This document shows positions 1-15,567 of a DNA stretch of 64,000 bases, piece by piece; the first letter of the stretch is position 1; each line of letters starts with the position of its first letter. A program made the position numbers and the translations under genes. Source of the stretch: Eledone cirrhosa (taxonomy: Eukaryota); the NCBI GenBank assembly GCA_964016885.1, contig OZ024751.1, forward strand, positions 44,330,001-44,394,000, read 5' to 3'. The notes below the pieces were generated by a model. The model searched no databases. It saw nothing but the letters and a program-made list of their open reading frames with translations, and had not been told where the DNA came from.

Positions 1-1096
1 AAATGGCTGGTTCCCATTCCAGTTAAACTATGTAAAATTATTTAAATGGACACGTCTTAACTGCCATAACCTTTTTGTGTATTTTTAAATATGTAATAGC
101 CTAAACGAATATCACTTTAAAGAATTATTATCCTTTGATACTCTATTATTGATCTGTAACTTCTGATCGTGTCAAAGAAGTAATGTAGTGACACACGACG
201 TTTCTTGGATGTGTTAAATATGGTAGAGCTCATCCATTTCCAGATCTGAACATAGATGATTTCTATGAGAGAAAGGAAGTGATATAGAGGAAGAATCGAC
301 CCCAGTACTGAACTGGTACTTTTCTTATTGACCTCGGCGAGATTTGAGCTTAGCGACCAAAATATCGGAACGAATATCGCAAAGCATTCTATCGGACGTT
401 CTTACGTCTCTGAAATTTCACCGCTTCACTATGCTACATCTATTTCAATTATTAAAGTATTATTTTTAGGCCAGCCAGGGAAATACATGCCTAGCTTTCT
501 CTGTCTGTGCTTTCTGGTACAGTTTGATACGTAAAAACTGGGTCACTAGGACACAAAAGTTGCAAGTAATTATGAAACCAACTCAGAACAAATAATTTCT
601 ACAATGTCATCATCACAGCCGAGTCTCTTGATTAGTCACAGCGTGGCGTGCATTAACTGTCTGCGGATATGTTTGAGGAAATATTTTACAAACTGCAAAT
701 ATGATTTAGACCCGGTACAAATTTTCGAATTATTTTCATGGTTTGAGGAAAGAGGATCATTTAGTTAGGTGAAGATGGAGGGTTCGGTCGTTTCGTACGG
801 AAAAGTATTGAATTTGTAATGTTGAATGACCTAATTCACCCTGTCGTATATCGTTGCTAGGATGGCATGTGTCTTTATTTCTTGCATTATATTAGAGTCA
901 CATGCATATTTCTTTCTGTAATGAAAGTGACAAACGAAAGCACACACACACAAGAGTGAGAGAACCGCAAGTCTGATCAGCTATCGGTTCCAGAGTCTGG
1001 TGCGATGGATACCAATTGTGCCACGAGTTGATCGATCACGAAACGCGTCACACGCGAATAAACAGTGATGTTTTGATACCTCATTCCTACTTATAT

Positions 1097-1150
1097 ATAG
1101 GAAAAGATTCAGGACCCCGACGGCTGAGCACCGGCCGTTTCGACAGCTAG
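1097..1150 (+). mobile_element. Degenerate single arm of family B
   Basis: ATAGGAAAAGATTCAGGACCCCGACGGCTGAGCACCGGCCGTTTCGACAGCTA matches the family-B arm. Confidence 0.6.
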
Positions 1151-1157
1151 ATCCGAA

Positions 1158-1210
<53 letters not shown>

Positions 1211-3397
1211 AAACCATTATAAATACACCGTCGTCTGCTGAAGGACGGAAGGGGGATTCATGCCCTGCACATGCTTCTGTTCATTTATTTTATCACATGC
1301 CATACTTGTGAATGAATCTCCCGCACACACATACACACACAAAGAAAAAATAATTATAAAGTAACAAAGAATTATATATTTTTATTTTATTTATTAAAAT
1401 CGTTTTAAATATCTTTTTTTTTTAAAGTTTATTTTCACGTATATTTAGTATTTTCATCTATTTTCGCGTATATATAGTATTTTCATCTATTTTCTCTCTT
1501 CTGATGTTATAACATTTTTTGTTGCTGTTATTATATCATCATCCTTTTTATTATCTTTTAATATTAACACCAGTTCGTCGTCAGTATCTCATGCGTCATT
1601 AGGAATACACAGACAAAAACATACGCACACATACATCGACATTTATACACACCCATAGCATATACGCACACATACATACAGACATTTATACACATACATA
1701 CACACTGATATTGTTTCAATTGTCAAGATAAAGAATAAAAACAAGAAAAACATATATATCTTAAAAATACATATAAACAAACAAAAAATTATATATTAGT
1801 CCTTTTCCGTATTATTATTATTAATGGCGGTAGATTAGAGGAATCGGCAGAGCGCCGGACAAAATGTCTTTGCTATAGTGTGATTATGTTTATTTAAGTT
1901 TTTTTTTGTTTTTTTGTTTGACAAAGACAACAGTCTTTTATCCATCCAAGTACGACAAAAATAAGTACCAGTCAATTAGTGAATTCAAATATTATTCGAT
2001 CGATCATATGTTGTGGCTTTGTGCCAATGTTAGAAATCAATATTATTGATTAATATTATTACTATAAATAATTTATAAAAAAAACGATAAAATTAGTTTT
2101 CGTGCGACACGTTTCGAGAATCTGTGTCTAAGTCCGTTCTAGAAATGTCTTATAGAAATGTCTTCTAACATCAGAACGGAAATATATTCATGTCATTAAT
2201 ATGTTTGAGAAAGAGACATGAAATTATTAAAAATAAAATACATCATTATTATCATCATCGTCGTCGTCGTCATTATTATAATTGTTATTTGTTTATTTAT
2301 TTTTTTAATTAGTTAGTTAATACAGTTTTACAAATGTGAGTTGGTGAAATATGTTTGATGAATATTGAGCAGAGGACAAGGAACTTTGATTTTGTTGTTT
2401 TCTTTTCTAAATGGCCTGGAGTTAAAATAAAAAAAAGGAAAACTTCGTCGTTGACATTGTTAAAGAAAAAAAAGAAAAAAAAAAAAAAAAAAAAAAAAAT
2501 TGGTCAGTTACATTCTATCTTTCCACGTGTTTCTCTGTCTTTCGGCTTTATTATCTTTCTGATTTTTTATTTAATTATTCTTCTCTTCCTTTTAACCCTT
2601 TCATTCGATTATCATTTTTTTTTCAAGAATAATTCCTAAGATTTATAAGACCGGTGTCCAAACTCTGTTGCTTATTGTTTTAGGTAGATAAAAAAATTAT
2701 ATCTGCGACTTGATCTTTGAAAACTACGCTAAATTATCGCAGTTGACTTTCCACTACTCACCATCCAAATTATTAAAAAAAAAAAAAAAAAAAAAAATTT
2801 AATAGTCGACTAAGAAATAAAATCGTTGATTCCTACCGATGACCCATAGCTCAGAATATTGAGGTACATAAAGGCTTCGGTAAATTATTTTGCTCATAAT
2901 AAAAATCTATATTAAAAGCAATTGGAAACGTAACATTAATCTTGCGAGTTTGCTCTTCCGTATTCACACAATGTGTCCTTAACTTTAGAAACTAGAATTG
3001 CCAATTTTTATAATATTAATATTTTGATAGTCAAGTACAATGAAATATTTTCATACGATATTTTTGGTGGGGCTTCATACTATATATCTATATATAATAT
3101 GAAGTATAGTATATACATATACATACATACATACATACAAGTATAATCCATTAATGGAACAGTAAAAATATGTAAAACATTCCAAACAATTTGCATCTAA
3201 TAACTGCATATACACATGTACAGAAACAAAGCATATACGCATGCACACATACAATGACATCCATATCTACACATGCATGCAGACATACATACATATTTAC
3301 CTAGTTGATGTGTAAATTCCAATGAGAGAGTCTTGTGTCTATGTTAGAAACCGACTCTCTATTGGGAAAAAATGTGAAATTATAAAACCAGAAGAAC

Positions 3398-6300
3398 ATA
3401 TATACATACATACATACACATATACATACATACACATATATATACATACATACATACACATATACATACATACACATATATATACATACATACATACACA
3501 CACATACATACACACACACACATATATACACACATACACATACATACACACACACACATATATATACATATATACACATATACGCATATATATACATATA
3601 TACGCATATATATACATATATACGCATATATATACATATATACGCATATATATACATATATACGCATATATATACATATATACGCATATATATACATATA
3701 TACACACATATATACATATATACATATATACACATATATACACACATATATACATATATACACATATACACATATATATACACATATATATACACATATA
3801 CACACATATACACATATATACACATATATATATATACATATATACACATATATATACATATATATACATATATATACATATATATATATACATATATACA
3901 CATATATATATATACATATATATACATATATATATATACATATATACACATATATATACATATATACACATATATATACATATATACACATATATATACA
4001 TATATATACATATATACACATATATATATATATACATATATATACATATACATATATATACATATATACACATATATATACATATATACACATATATATA
4101 TATATACATATATACACATATATATATATATATACATATATACACATATATATATATATATACATATATACACATATATATATATATACATATATATACA
4201 TATATACATATATACACATATATATATATATATATACATATATACACATATATATATATATACATATATATACATATATACATATATACACATATATATA
4301 TATATATATACATATATACACATATATATATATATATATACATATATACACATATATATATATATACATATATACACATATATATATACATATATACACA
4401 TATATATATATATATACATATATACACATATATATATACATATATACACATATATATATATATATACATATATACACATATATATATATATATACATATA
4501 TACATACATATATATATATACATATATACATACATATATACACATATATATATATACACACATATATATATATATATACATATATACACATATATATATA
4601 TACACATATACACATATATATATATACACATATACACATATATATACATATATACACATATATACACATATATATATACATATATACACATATATACACA
4701 TATATATATATATATATATATACATATATACACATATATATATATACATATATATATATACATATATATATATACATATATATATACATATATACACATA
4801 TATATATATACATATATATATATATACATATATACACATATACATATATACACATATACATATATACATATATATATATATACATATATACACATATACA
4901 TATATACACATATACATATATACACATATACATATATACACATATACACATATACATATATACACATATACATATATACATATATACACATATACATATA
5001 TACACATATACACATATACATATATACACATATACATATATACACATATATATATATACATATATACACATATATATATATACATATATACACATATATA
5101 TATACATATATACACATATATATATACATATATACACATATATATATATACATATATACACATATATATATATACATATATACACATATATATATATACA
5201 TATATACACATATATATATATACATATATACACATATATATATATACATATATACACATATATATATATACATATATACACATATATATATATACATATA
5301 TACACATATATATATACATATATACACATATATATATATAGATATATACACATATATATATATACATATATACATATATACACATATATATATATACATA
5401 TATACACATATATATATATACATATATACACATATATATATATACATATATACACATACACATATATACATACATATATACACATATATACATACATATA
5501 TACACATACATATATATACATATATACACATACATATATATACATATATACACATACATATATATACATATATACACATACATATATATACATATATATA
5601 TATACATATATACACATATATATATATACATATATACACATACATATATACACATACATATATACACATATATACACATACATATATACACATATATACA
5701 CATACATATATACACATATATATATACACATATATACACATACATATATACACATATATACACATACATATATACACATATATATACACATATATACATA
5801 TATACACATATATATATATATACACATATACATATATACACATATACACATATATACACATATATATATATACACATATATACACATATATACATATATA
5901 CACATATATATATATACATATATACACATATACATATATACATATATACACATATATATATATATATATATACATATATACATATATACACATATATATA
6001 TATATATATATATACATATATACACATATATATATATATATATATATACATATATACATATATATACATATATACATATATATACATATATACATATATA
6101 TACATATATACATATATATACATATATACATATATATACATATATACATATATACATATATTCATATATATATATATATATACACACATATATATATATA
6201 CACATATATATATATACATATATATATACATATATACATATATACATATATATATACATATATACATATATACATATATATATACATATATACATATATA

Positions 6301-6413
6301 CACATATATATACATATACACACATATATATACATATACACATATATATACATATACACACATATATACACATATATACACTTTAAAAAATATATATGTA
6401 TGTATTCATAGAT

Positions 6414-6456
<43 letters not shown>

Positions 6457-6465
6457 TACATATAT
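3398..6465. repeat. Compound (TA)n/(CA)n microsatellite
   Basis: Almost exclusively TA/CA dinucleotides; source of the ~1000-aa spurious ORFs. Confidence 0.97.
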
Positions 6466-6824
6466 AGAAAGAGTTTGCTTCACCATTCTATATTTTATGA
6501 AATACGTTTCAAACAATTAATTATTAATATTAATATTATTAAAAGATGAAATTATAATTGTTATTTTTATTGTTATCTTGAGCCTTTAAGATCAGAGACT
6601 GATTAATGCTTCACCTAGCAACCCCTAGAGAACCCCTACAAAATAAATAGTAGTAGTAGTGGTGGTAGTGGTGATGGTAGTAGTAGTAGTGATGGTAGAA
6701 GAAATGGGGGTTGTTTTGCACAGAGTTTAGTGAAACTGGTTCGATATGTCAGATGAATTACACATGCTACCACGAACCGTCGTTCTTGTCCTTTTGGGGG
6801 TTTCAAATGCCACCGGTATCGATG

Positions 6825-7475
6825 ATACATACGTATATATACACATATATATATTTATATACACATATATATACACACATATATATGTATACATATATAC
6901 ACACATATACACACATATACATATACGTACATACATATACATATACACACATATATATATACATATATATGTATATATGTGTATAAATATATATATATAT
7001 GTGTGTATATATATGTATATATGTGTATATGTATATATACATATACACATATATACATATACACATATATACATATACACATATACACATATACACATAT
7101 ACACATATATACATATACACATATATACATATACACATATATACATACATATATAAACATATATACATACATACATAAACATATATACATACATACATAA
7201 ACACATATATATATACATACATAAACATATATATATATATATATACACACATACATAAACATATATATATATACACATACATAAACATATATATATATAC
7301 ACATACATAAACATATATATATATACACATACATAAACATATATATATATACATACATAAACATATATATATATATACACACATACATAAACATATATAT
7401 ACACATACATAAACATATATATATACATACATACATACATACATATATACATACATACATACATACATATATACA

Positions 7476-7507
<32 letters not shown>

Positions 7508-8354
7508 CATACATATACATACATATACATACATACACATATATATACATACATACACATATATATACATACATACACATATATATACATACATACACAT
7601 ATATACATACATACATACATACATACACATATATATACATACATGCATACATACATACATATACATACATACATACATATACATACATACATACATACAC
7701 ATATATACATACATACATACATACACATATACATACATACATACATACACATATATATACATACATACATACATACACATATATATACATACATACATAC
7801 ATACACATATATATACATACATACATACATACACATATATATACATACATACATACACATATATATACATACATACATACATACACATATATACATACAT
7901 ACATACATACACATATATATACATACACACATACATACACATATATACATACATACATACATACACATATATATACATACACATATATATACATACATAC
8001 ATACATACACATACATACATACATACACATACATACATACACATATATATACATACATACATACACATATATATACATACATACATACACATATATATAC
8101 ATACATACATACACATATATATACATACATACATACATACACACACATATATATACATACATATACACATACATATATATACATACATATACACATACAT
8201 ATATATACATACATACATACATACATACATACATACATACACACATACATATACACATGTACATATACAGATATACATACTTATACACACACACATATAT
8301 ATATACAATAAGGTATGTCCATAGAATCATTTGATAAAATATATACATTATTTC

Positions 8355-8410
<56 letters not shown>

Positions 8411-8429
8411 CAGATATACATACATATAT

Positions 8430-8462
<33 letters not shown>

Positions 8463-8525
8463 GATACAGATAGACATATATATATATATACACATATATA
8501 TATACATACATATGTATATATATGT
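6825..8525. repeat. Compound TA/CA/TACA microsatellite
   Basis: Direct inspection. Confidence 0.95.
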
Positions 8526-9106
8526 AGAGAGAAGATTATAAGGAATGCCTTTTCTCCCAGTTAGGATTAGAAAGAAGTTTTGCTTTTTCTGTGTCTCTGA
8601 TTGTGCGCGTTTGTGTGTGCGCGCGCGTGTGTGCGTGCGCTTGTGTGCGTGCGCTTGTGTGCGTGCGCTTGTGTGCGTGCGCTTGTGTGCGTGTGTGTGT
8701 CCGTGTGTGTGTGTTTGTGTGTGTGTGTGTTTGTGTGCGTTTGTGTGCGTGCGTTTGTGTGTGTCTGCTTCTTTCAGAAAGAAAAAACATTATTTCTTCA
8801 GTAACTTGAGAGAGAAATTCTCATTATCTTTTTTGTTTCTTGATCATCATCAGTTATCCCCATCATCATCATCATCATCATCACCGACATCTTTATCATC
8901 AGTTATCCCCATCATCATCACCGACATCTTTTCGTTGTGTTCCCATCTAAATTTCTTTTAAAAAAAAAGATATGTCCAATGTCACCGATGTCAAAATGTA
9001 TGAGATTAATGTAGAACACGGTGTGTACATATATACACACATACATACACGTACATATGCATACACATATACACACACATACACATGCATACACGTACAT
9101 ATGCAT

Positions 9107-9140
<34 letters not shown>

Positions 9141-9479
9141 GTACATATGCATACACATATACACACACATATATATATATACATACACACACACATGCAC
9201 ACGTACATATGCATACACATATGCACACATATATATATATACATATATATATATACATATACATGTTCATATGCATGTATGCAATCATTTGTGTATATAT
9301 GTATGTATAATCAAACATGTTAGTGTTTATTATCTTAAGTGTTAGTCTTATGATGTATTGTGTATATATATGCGTGTATGTAAAATATGTTCAGACAAGT
9401 GCATAAACATTTACACAGACATACATAATATACATAATGTCTATATATATATATATATCGCCACATACACGGTTTATAT

Positions 9480-9607
9480 ACATATATATATATATCTATA
9501 TATACACGTGTATGGTGTACGAAAGTTATATATATATATATATATACGTATATATATGTATATATACATGTATATATATACACGTGTGGTTTACAAAATA
9601 TATATAC

Positions 9608-9640
<33 letters not shown>

Positions 9641-9669
9641 CATGTATATATACACGTGTGGTTTACAAA

Positions 9670-9709
<40 letters not shown>

Positions 9710-9751
9710 ATATATATATATACATGTATATATACACGTGTGGTTTACAAA

Positions 9752-9787
<36 letters not shown>

Positions 9788-9813
9788 GTATATATACACG
9801 TGTGGTTTACAAA

Positions 9814-9855
<42 letters not shown>

Positions 9856-9870
9856 GTATATATATATGTA
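9480..9870. repeat. Minisatellite TACACGTGTGGTTTACAAAAGA(TA)nCATG just 3' of the ASMT-like stop
   Basis: About 5 units with variable (TA)n. Confidence 0.9.
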
Positions 9871-9914
9871 TATGATGCATGTAAGTATGCACAATCGTTT
9901 ATTATATTTAATAT

Positions 9915-10138
9915 TTAAAATGGTTTCTTCGAGAGTATGGCATCGAAATAATTGTATCCCCCGACTAAACGGATCTGTATATTTGTAAATCCTTGTTCTT
10001 CTAAAATGTCCCTGTATTCTTTCGCTGAACGTTCACGACCAGTACTTATCAACGACATTATGAGATCATTGCTCACTGCAAACAAAGGACCATCTTTCAT
10101 TTCATCAAGGGTTTTCTCCAAGATTAACAAACTTCCGC
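9915..10138 (-). CDS. ASMT-like: ASMT-like last coding exon ([74 protein letters not shown])
   Basis: Acceptor tttgtttcatAG at 10140-10139; stop TAA; typical O-methyltransferase C-terminus. Confidence 0.93.
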
Positions 10139-11562
10139 CTATGAAACAAAACAGAATAAGAAATGTTTGTATGTACACGACATATAATCACACAGATAAA
10201 CACACATATACACACACATATATATATATTATATAAAATATAATATAATATAATCTATATATATATATATATATTTCTTAATTAATAACCAATAAGGAAA
10301 CCCCATCTATGTAACTGCTGGACTTGCTAGAAAAATCAACCAAATTTTCTTTAAATCAGACCTTATCTTAGAAGTATAGGAAGGACAATTGGATAGTGTA
10401 GTTATCTAAATACAGAGAAAAGAGTTTTGTAATCTCAATCGATTAACACATTTCAATAACCATAGATAGTGTAGTTATCTAAATACAGAGAAAAGAGTTT
10501 TGTAATCTCAATCGATTAACACATTTCAATAACCATAAGCTTCAACTTGATACGTTCTTGACTGTTTTTAAACCAGAAGAGGAGTCCTAGAAGTGTCGTA
10601 TTGACATACAGAGTTTCTAGGACATATTTTTAAACCTAGCACAGCTTATCTCTAGGCAGCTATGTTTGCAGCAGATTTTCTCCAGATAAAGATATATTTC
10701 TTTATTATATATATATTTATGTGAGAGAGAAAGGAATTCAGAAAGAGATATAGAGAAAGAATCGATCCATGTTCAGGACTGGTACAGGTTATTGACCTCG
10801 AATGGATGATTGGCAAATCTGACCACGGCGGGATTTGAACTGAGAGAGTAGAAAATCGAGACAAATACCACAAAGCATTCTATCCGACGTTCAAACGACT
10901 CAGTCAATTTACTTAGAGAGTGGATAGAAACAACTAACAACATTACTGAGGAAATATCACTTACCTGGAGGTAGTTTATTGTACACCCGTTTGAGTAGTA
11001 TATCTATTTGTTTCTCTGTCATATCGTGTATTACATGTGATAACACATACAGGTCAGCGTCGGGGATCTCATCCTCGAAAAAATTACCTTAAACAGAAAA
11101 GAAAATGCAATGAATATATATACACCATCATCATCTTACGTCCGCTTTTCCCTGCTTGCAAGGGTGGGACGGGAACTGATTCTGGCTTGATTTCTACAGC
11201 TGGATGCCCTTCCTAACACCAACCTCATTTTACAGTGAGTGCTGGGTGCTTTTTTGCCGTGGCACCTGCACGATCACTTTGCAGTGGAATGATAGGGACC
11301 CCAGTCCCTATCATCTCATTTCTACAGCTGAGTAAACTAGAGCAATGTGAAATAAAGTGTCTTGCTCAAGGAAACAACATATCACCCGGTCTGAGAATTG
11401 CAAGGCCAATGCTCTAACCACTAAGCCATGTGCCTCCACAATAAATATATATATGCGTGTGTGGATATATATATATGCATGCGTGTGGAGTTATGCGCAT
11501 ATCTGTATACATGGATGTGTGTATGGATCTACCCCTTGCGCGCGGACATATAATACACACTT

Positions 11563-11604
<42 letters not shown>

Positions 11605-14394
11605 CGTTTAACATCCACCTTCCCTGCTAGCAAGGGTTGAACTAAAAGTTCAAAGCAACAGGATTATTTTCCCATCGTAAAGTGTTTAATAAATGCCAAG
11701 GGTAAATAATTGTTTCTACTTTTATCACGAGGCCAGCAATTATCCCAGTGCATTACTGGTACTTTATTTTATCGACCCTGTAAGGATGAAAGGCAAAGTT
11801 AACCTCGACACGATTTGAACTCAGACCGTAAAGGGACCTAACTATGCTGCAAAGAATGGCGGCCGACCCGCTACCAATACTGCCAATTCACTGCCAAGGG
11901 TAAATAATAAGACCCTTACCTGCTATAAAATTCACCTGACCACTGCTATTTTCTGGATAAAGTTTTTTCGCCAATTGTACTACAGGTGGGAGATCAAAAA
12001 CTGTGATGTTCATTTCTGGATAGTGACTCGCTAGTGTCCTGCCTATCAAACCGGAACCTCCTGTAATACATATATAAAGAATATTAAATCAAGGAAGGGA
12101 TACATATTCTACATTGATGGTGAATCATATGAATCATACACATGGTCTTACATAAATTCCTATTAGAATTGAAATGAGTTATCAATACTGGTACTTAAAC
12201 AGTCTTTTTTTAAAACAAAGCAATTCTAACTGATACATTTCATCAAATATACGTACCCCCTAAATCGACAGCTGTTCTGTGGGCACTCAGATCAAAAGCT
12301 TTCACTAACACTGGAGCACATGGTACTGTTAGACCATCCATTGACAGCATTATCATTGCACTACAATCCATAGCTGGTTTGCTGCCGTTGTTACCTTTGT
12401 CTGGGTGTGTTCCGTTAGTGGGATGTGTTCCATTGTTGTTAGTTATATTGCCACTTATGCCATTTGTACCGTTCGGTGTGACTCCATTTGTAGAGTTAAC
12501 ACACGGTGTATGGGACTCAGTGTGGCTGCCTTTGTTGTTTTGTGCTGTATCCTTAGCGTCTTCTATATGAATGTCTTTCATTTGAGGACTTTCGTTATTC
12601 AACATTTTCCCCGCCTTTATATTCGCCATGTCTATAAATGCTTTGCCTGGAGAAAAGAAACGAAACAAGAAACACTATATGAGTTGAAAATCTTCACAAT
12701 TATATACATACATACATACATACATACATACATACATACATACATACACACACACAGAATGCACAATGTGTACACACACAAGTTTATATTTAAATTGGTA
12801 GTTAATTACAATACAAGTTTCACCCAGTGGGTGGTCACACCCCGTAGTTCTGATCATCACCCATTTGTTGAAACCTGTTTTACAAGTTACTGTCTAGGTT
12901 TGATATACAGAATAGCATTTCACTATTCCAGGTATAAAGTTCTGTATCAAAGTATCAGATAATGTTGAAATATTTGAGAACAAGGTAGTTTATGAGATAT
13001 ATTTCCAGTATATAAGAAGAAAGAACGTACCTGATTTCAGTGTGCTGGTGAGATTTGATAAAAGTGGAAGTATGACATTAAATTCAGACATAGCCGATGC
13101 AATTAATGCTGGTCGCCGGGACCTGGTTAAATATTTCGTCGTTCCTGCCGTGTTGCTATATACAACATTACCTATAAATAAATAGATAAATAGATATATG
13201 AATAGATAGATGGATGGATAAATAGATATATGAATAGATGGATGGATGGATAGATATATGAATAGATGGATGGATGGATAAATAGATAGATGGATAGATA
13301 GATAGATAGATAGATGGATAAATAGATATATTTCTTTTATTTGCCACTAGGGCATCAAAAGTGGGACAAGTACAAAGGGGGGAGTTTACACAAAAAGGCG
13401 TCCTCAATAAGGAGGAGGCAATAACAAAATATAAAAATAAAATAAGATATAACAAAAAATAAAATTTTTAACAAAATCCTCAATAGAGAGGAGGCGCCTT
13501 GGGGGGTCGCACACACCCCCGAAAAAAGTGTGCAACCCTTCTCCTCAGGAGCACAGAGAAGGGGTGCTCCCTTGGTCTTTCATCTTCCTCACCTATAGTC
13601 TGATGTAGAGTGAAGGCCCATTCACACGGGCCATTCTCGCCACTTTCACCCATCTTTCATAGAAACGGCTGGGGTGCAGCACCTCTCTCTCCATCCTGAT
13701 CCTTCTTCCGAAATGATATCGGAAGAAACGGACCAGTTGTTGGCCAGAGAGAAAGGTGCCCGACCTCAGTCCTTTCAGACGCGTCCACCATACAACCTCT
13801 TTCGCCATGGCTATTACGCACAGAAACACCGCCTCTGCTTCATCTTTGAAGGGGGGAGGCGGCTTGATCATTACAATAGACTCGGTGGTCAACCGGATCG
13901 GTCCCACCCTTGACAGCAGTTGTTCGACATAGCCCCACAGATCGGCTACGCCCGAGCAGTGTACTAATGCGTGTGCAACGGTTTCCTCGTCGCACACGCA
14001 TCTGGGACAGATCTTTTTGGCGGGGTCCCTACCCGGGCGCCCGTGTCTGTAGAGCCTTTCTCGAACGGGTAAAGCCCCTCGGTAGCACTGCCAGGCCAGG
14101 GACTTCTGGAAGTTGTCCATAGGTCCCGGGCTGAATGTCCTACCGAACAGGCTGGCCAGTTCGTCCTCCTCCATGTCTAGGGCTTCTCCGAGGGCGTCGT
14201 CGCACCTGCTGCGTACCAGCCCTCTATAGAATGTTGCGGTGGAGTCTCCACTGATAACCGGATCCGCCTGCCAGAGGGCGGTGAGCGCCTGGGCACACTC
14301 AGTGTGCCAGATAGATAGATAGATGGATAAATAGATAGATAGATAAATAGATAGATAGATAAATAGATAGATAGATAGATGGATAAATAGATAG

Positions 14395-14425
<31 letters not shown>

Positions 14426-15526
14426 GATAGATAGATGGATAGATAGATGGATAGATGAATAGATAGATGGATAGATAGATGAATAGATAGATGAATAGAT
14501 GGATTGATGGATAAATAAATAGATAGATGGATAGATAGAGAGATTTGTGCTTCTCATAGCACATCTTAACTCATCCATAAATGAGATAGCACAAACATAT
14601 TCAATAAAATATTCAAATTAATATATGTATGTCTAAACACACACACTCTCTCTCTCTCTCTATATATATATGAAACAATTATTACCTTTATGAACGTCTT
14701 TGTCGAGGAGGTCTAGAGAGACCAATGTGTTTAGAAAGCGTTCAGTCATGGGTTTATCATAGTTGAATTTTCGGGCAATTCCAGCCGCTGTTAACGGTTC
14801 ACCATTTGATTCGATTTCGTCGAATAACCCAACTTCTAGGCCGTACATTAATATCTGTTAATTATAATAATAATAATAATAGTAATAATATTAGTAATAA
14901 TAATAAGAGGACAACAACAACAGTAACGGTAATGGTTTCTAAAAAGTAGACTCTAATGATTCGCCCAAAGATTAATTTATTCTATTTACCCTAATATCTT
15001 AAGACGTTGAGAGAATGTACAAGGAAAGAAAAAGAAAGAAAAAAAGAAATACTGAAGAAAAGAAAAAAAAAAAAAAAGAAATACAGAAGAAAAGAAAAAC
15101 ACGAAAATCAAAAACCCGGAGGAGGGTTACACCGATTCGAAAGGACGACGACAGCAAAAGAATAAAAAAGAAAAAGAAAGAAAAAGAAGAAAAACAAGAA
15201 AAAAAGAAGAAAAACAAGAAAAAAAGAAAAAGAAGAAAAAGAAGAAAAAGAAGAAAAAGAAGAAGAAAAAGAAGAAGAAGAAAAATAAGAAAAATAAGAA
15301 AGGAACAAAATCAACAACAAAAACAACAACAACAACATAACCAACAAAAACAATAAAAAATTAACAACAAAAACAACAACAACGAAAACATGAATAACAA
15401 CGGTGACAAACATCGAATTCACCGCTCTCACTATATGACTGCTTCAATAAGTCAAATTTTTGCTGAGAGTGATCTCCCTTAGATTACTGTCATTCTATAT
15501 GACGCTTTACAGTAATGCTATTACAG

Positions 15527-15567
<41 letters not shown>

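Noticed and set aside
620-844. Possible mariner end (TAATTCACCCTGT)
   Set aside because: No matching second TIR or transposase in the window.
6711-6830. Plus-strand exon-like island with acceptor ttgttttgcacag
   Set aside because: No convincing donor and no recognisable peptide.
3301-8507. 500-1000-aa ORFs rich in Y/I/C/V/M/H/T (also 46745-51980 and 53027-54202)
   Set aside because: Translations of TA/CA/GT microsatellites that lack stop codons in several frames at once.
15015-15356. Lys/Arg-rich protamine-like ORF
   Set aside because: An A-rich (GAA/CAA) low-complexity tract with no other gene evidence.
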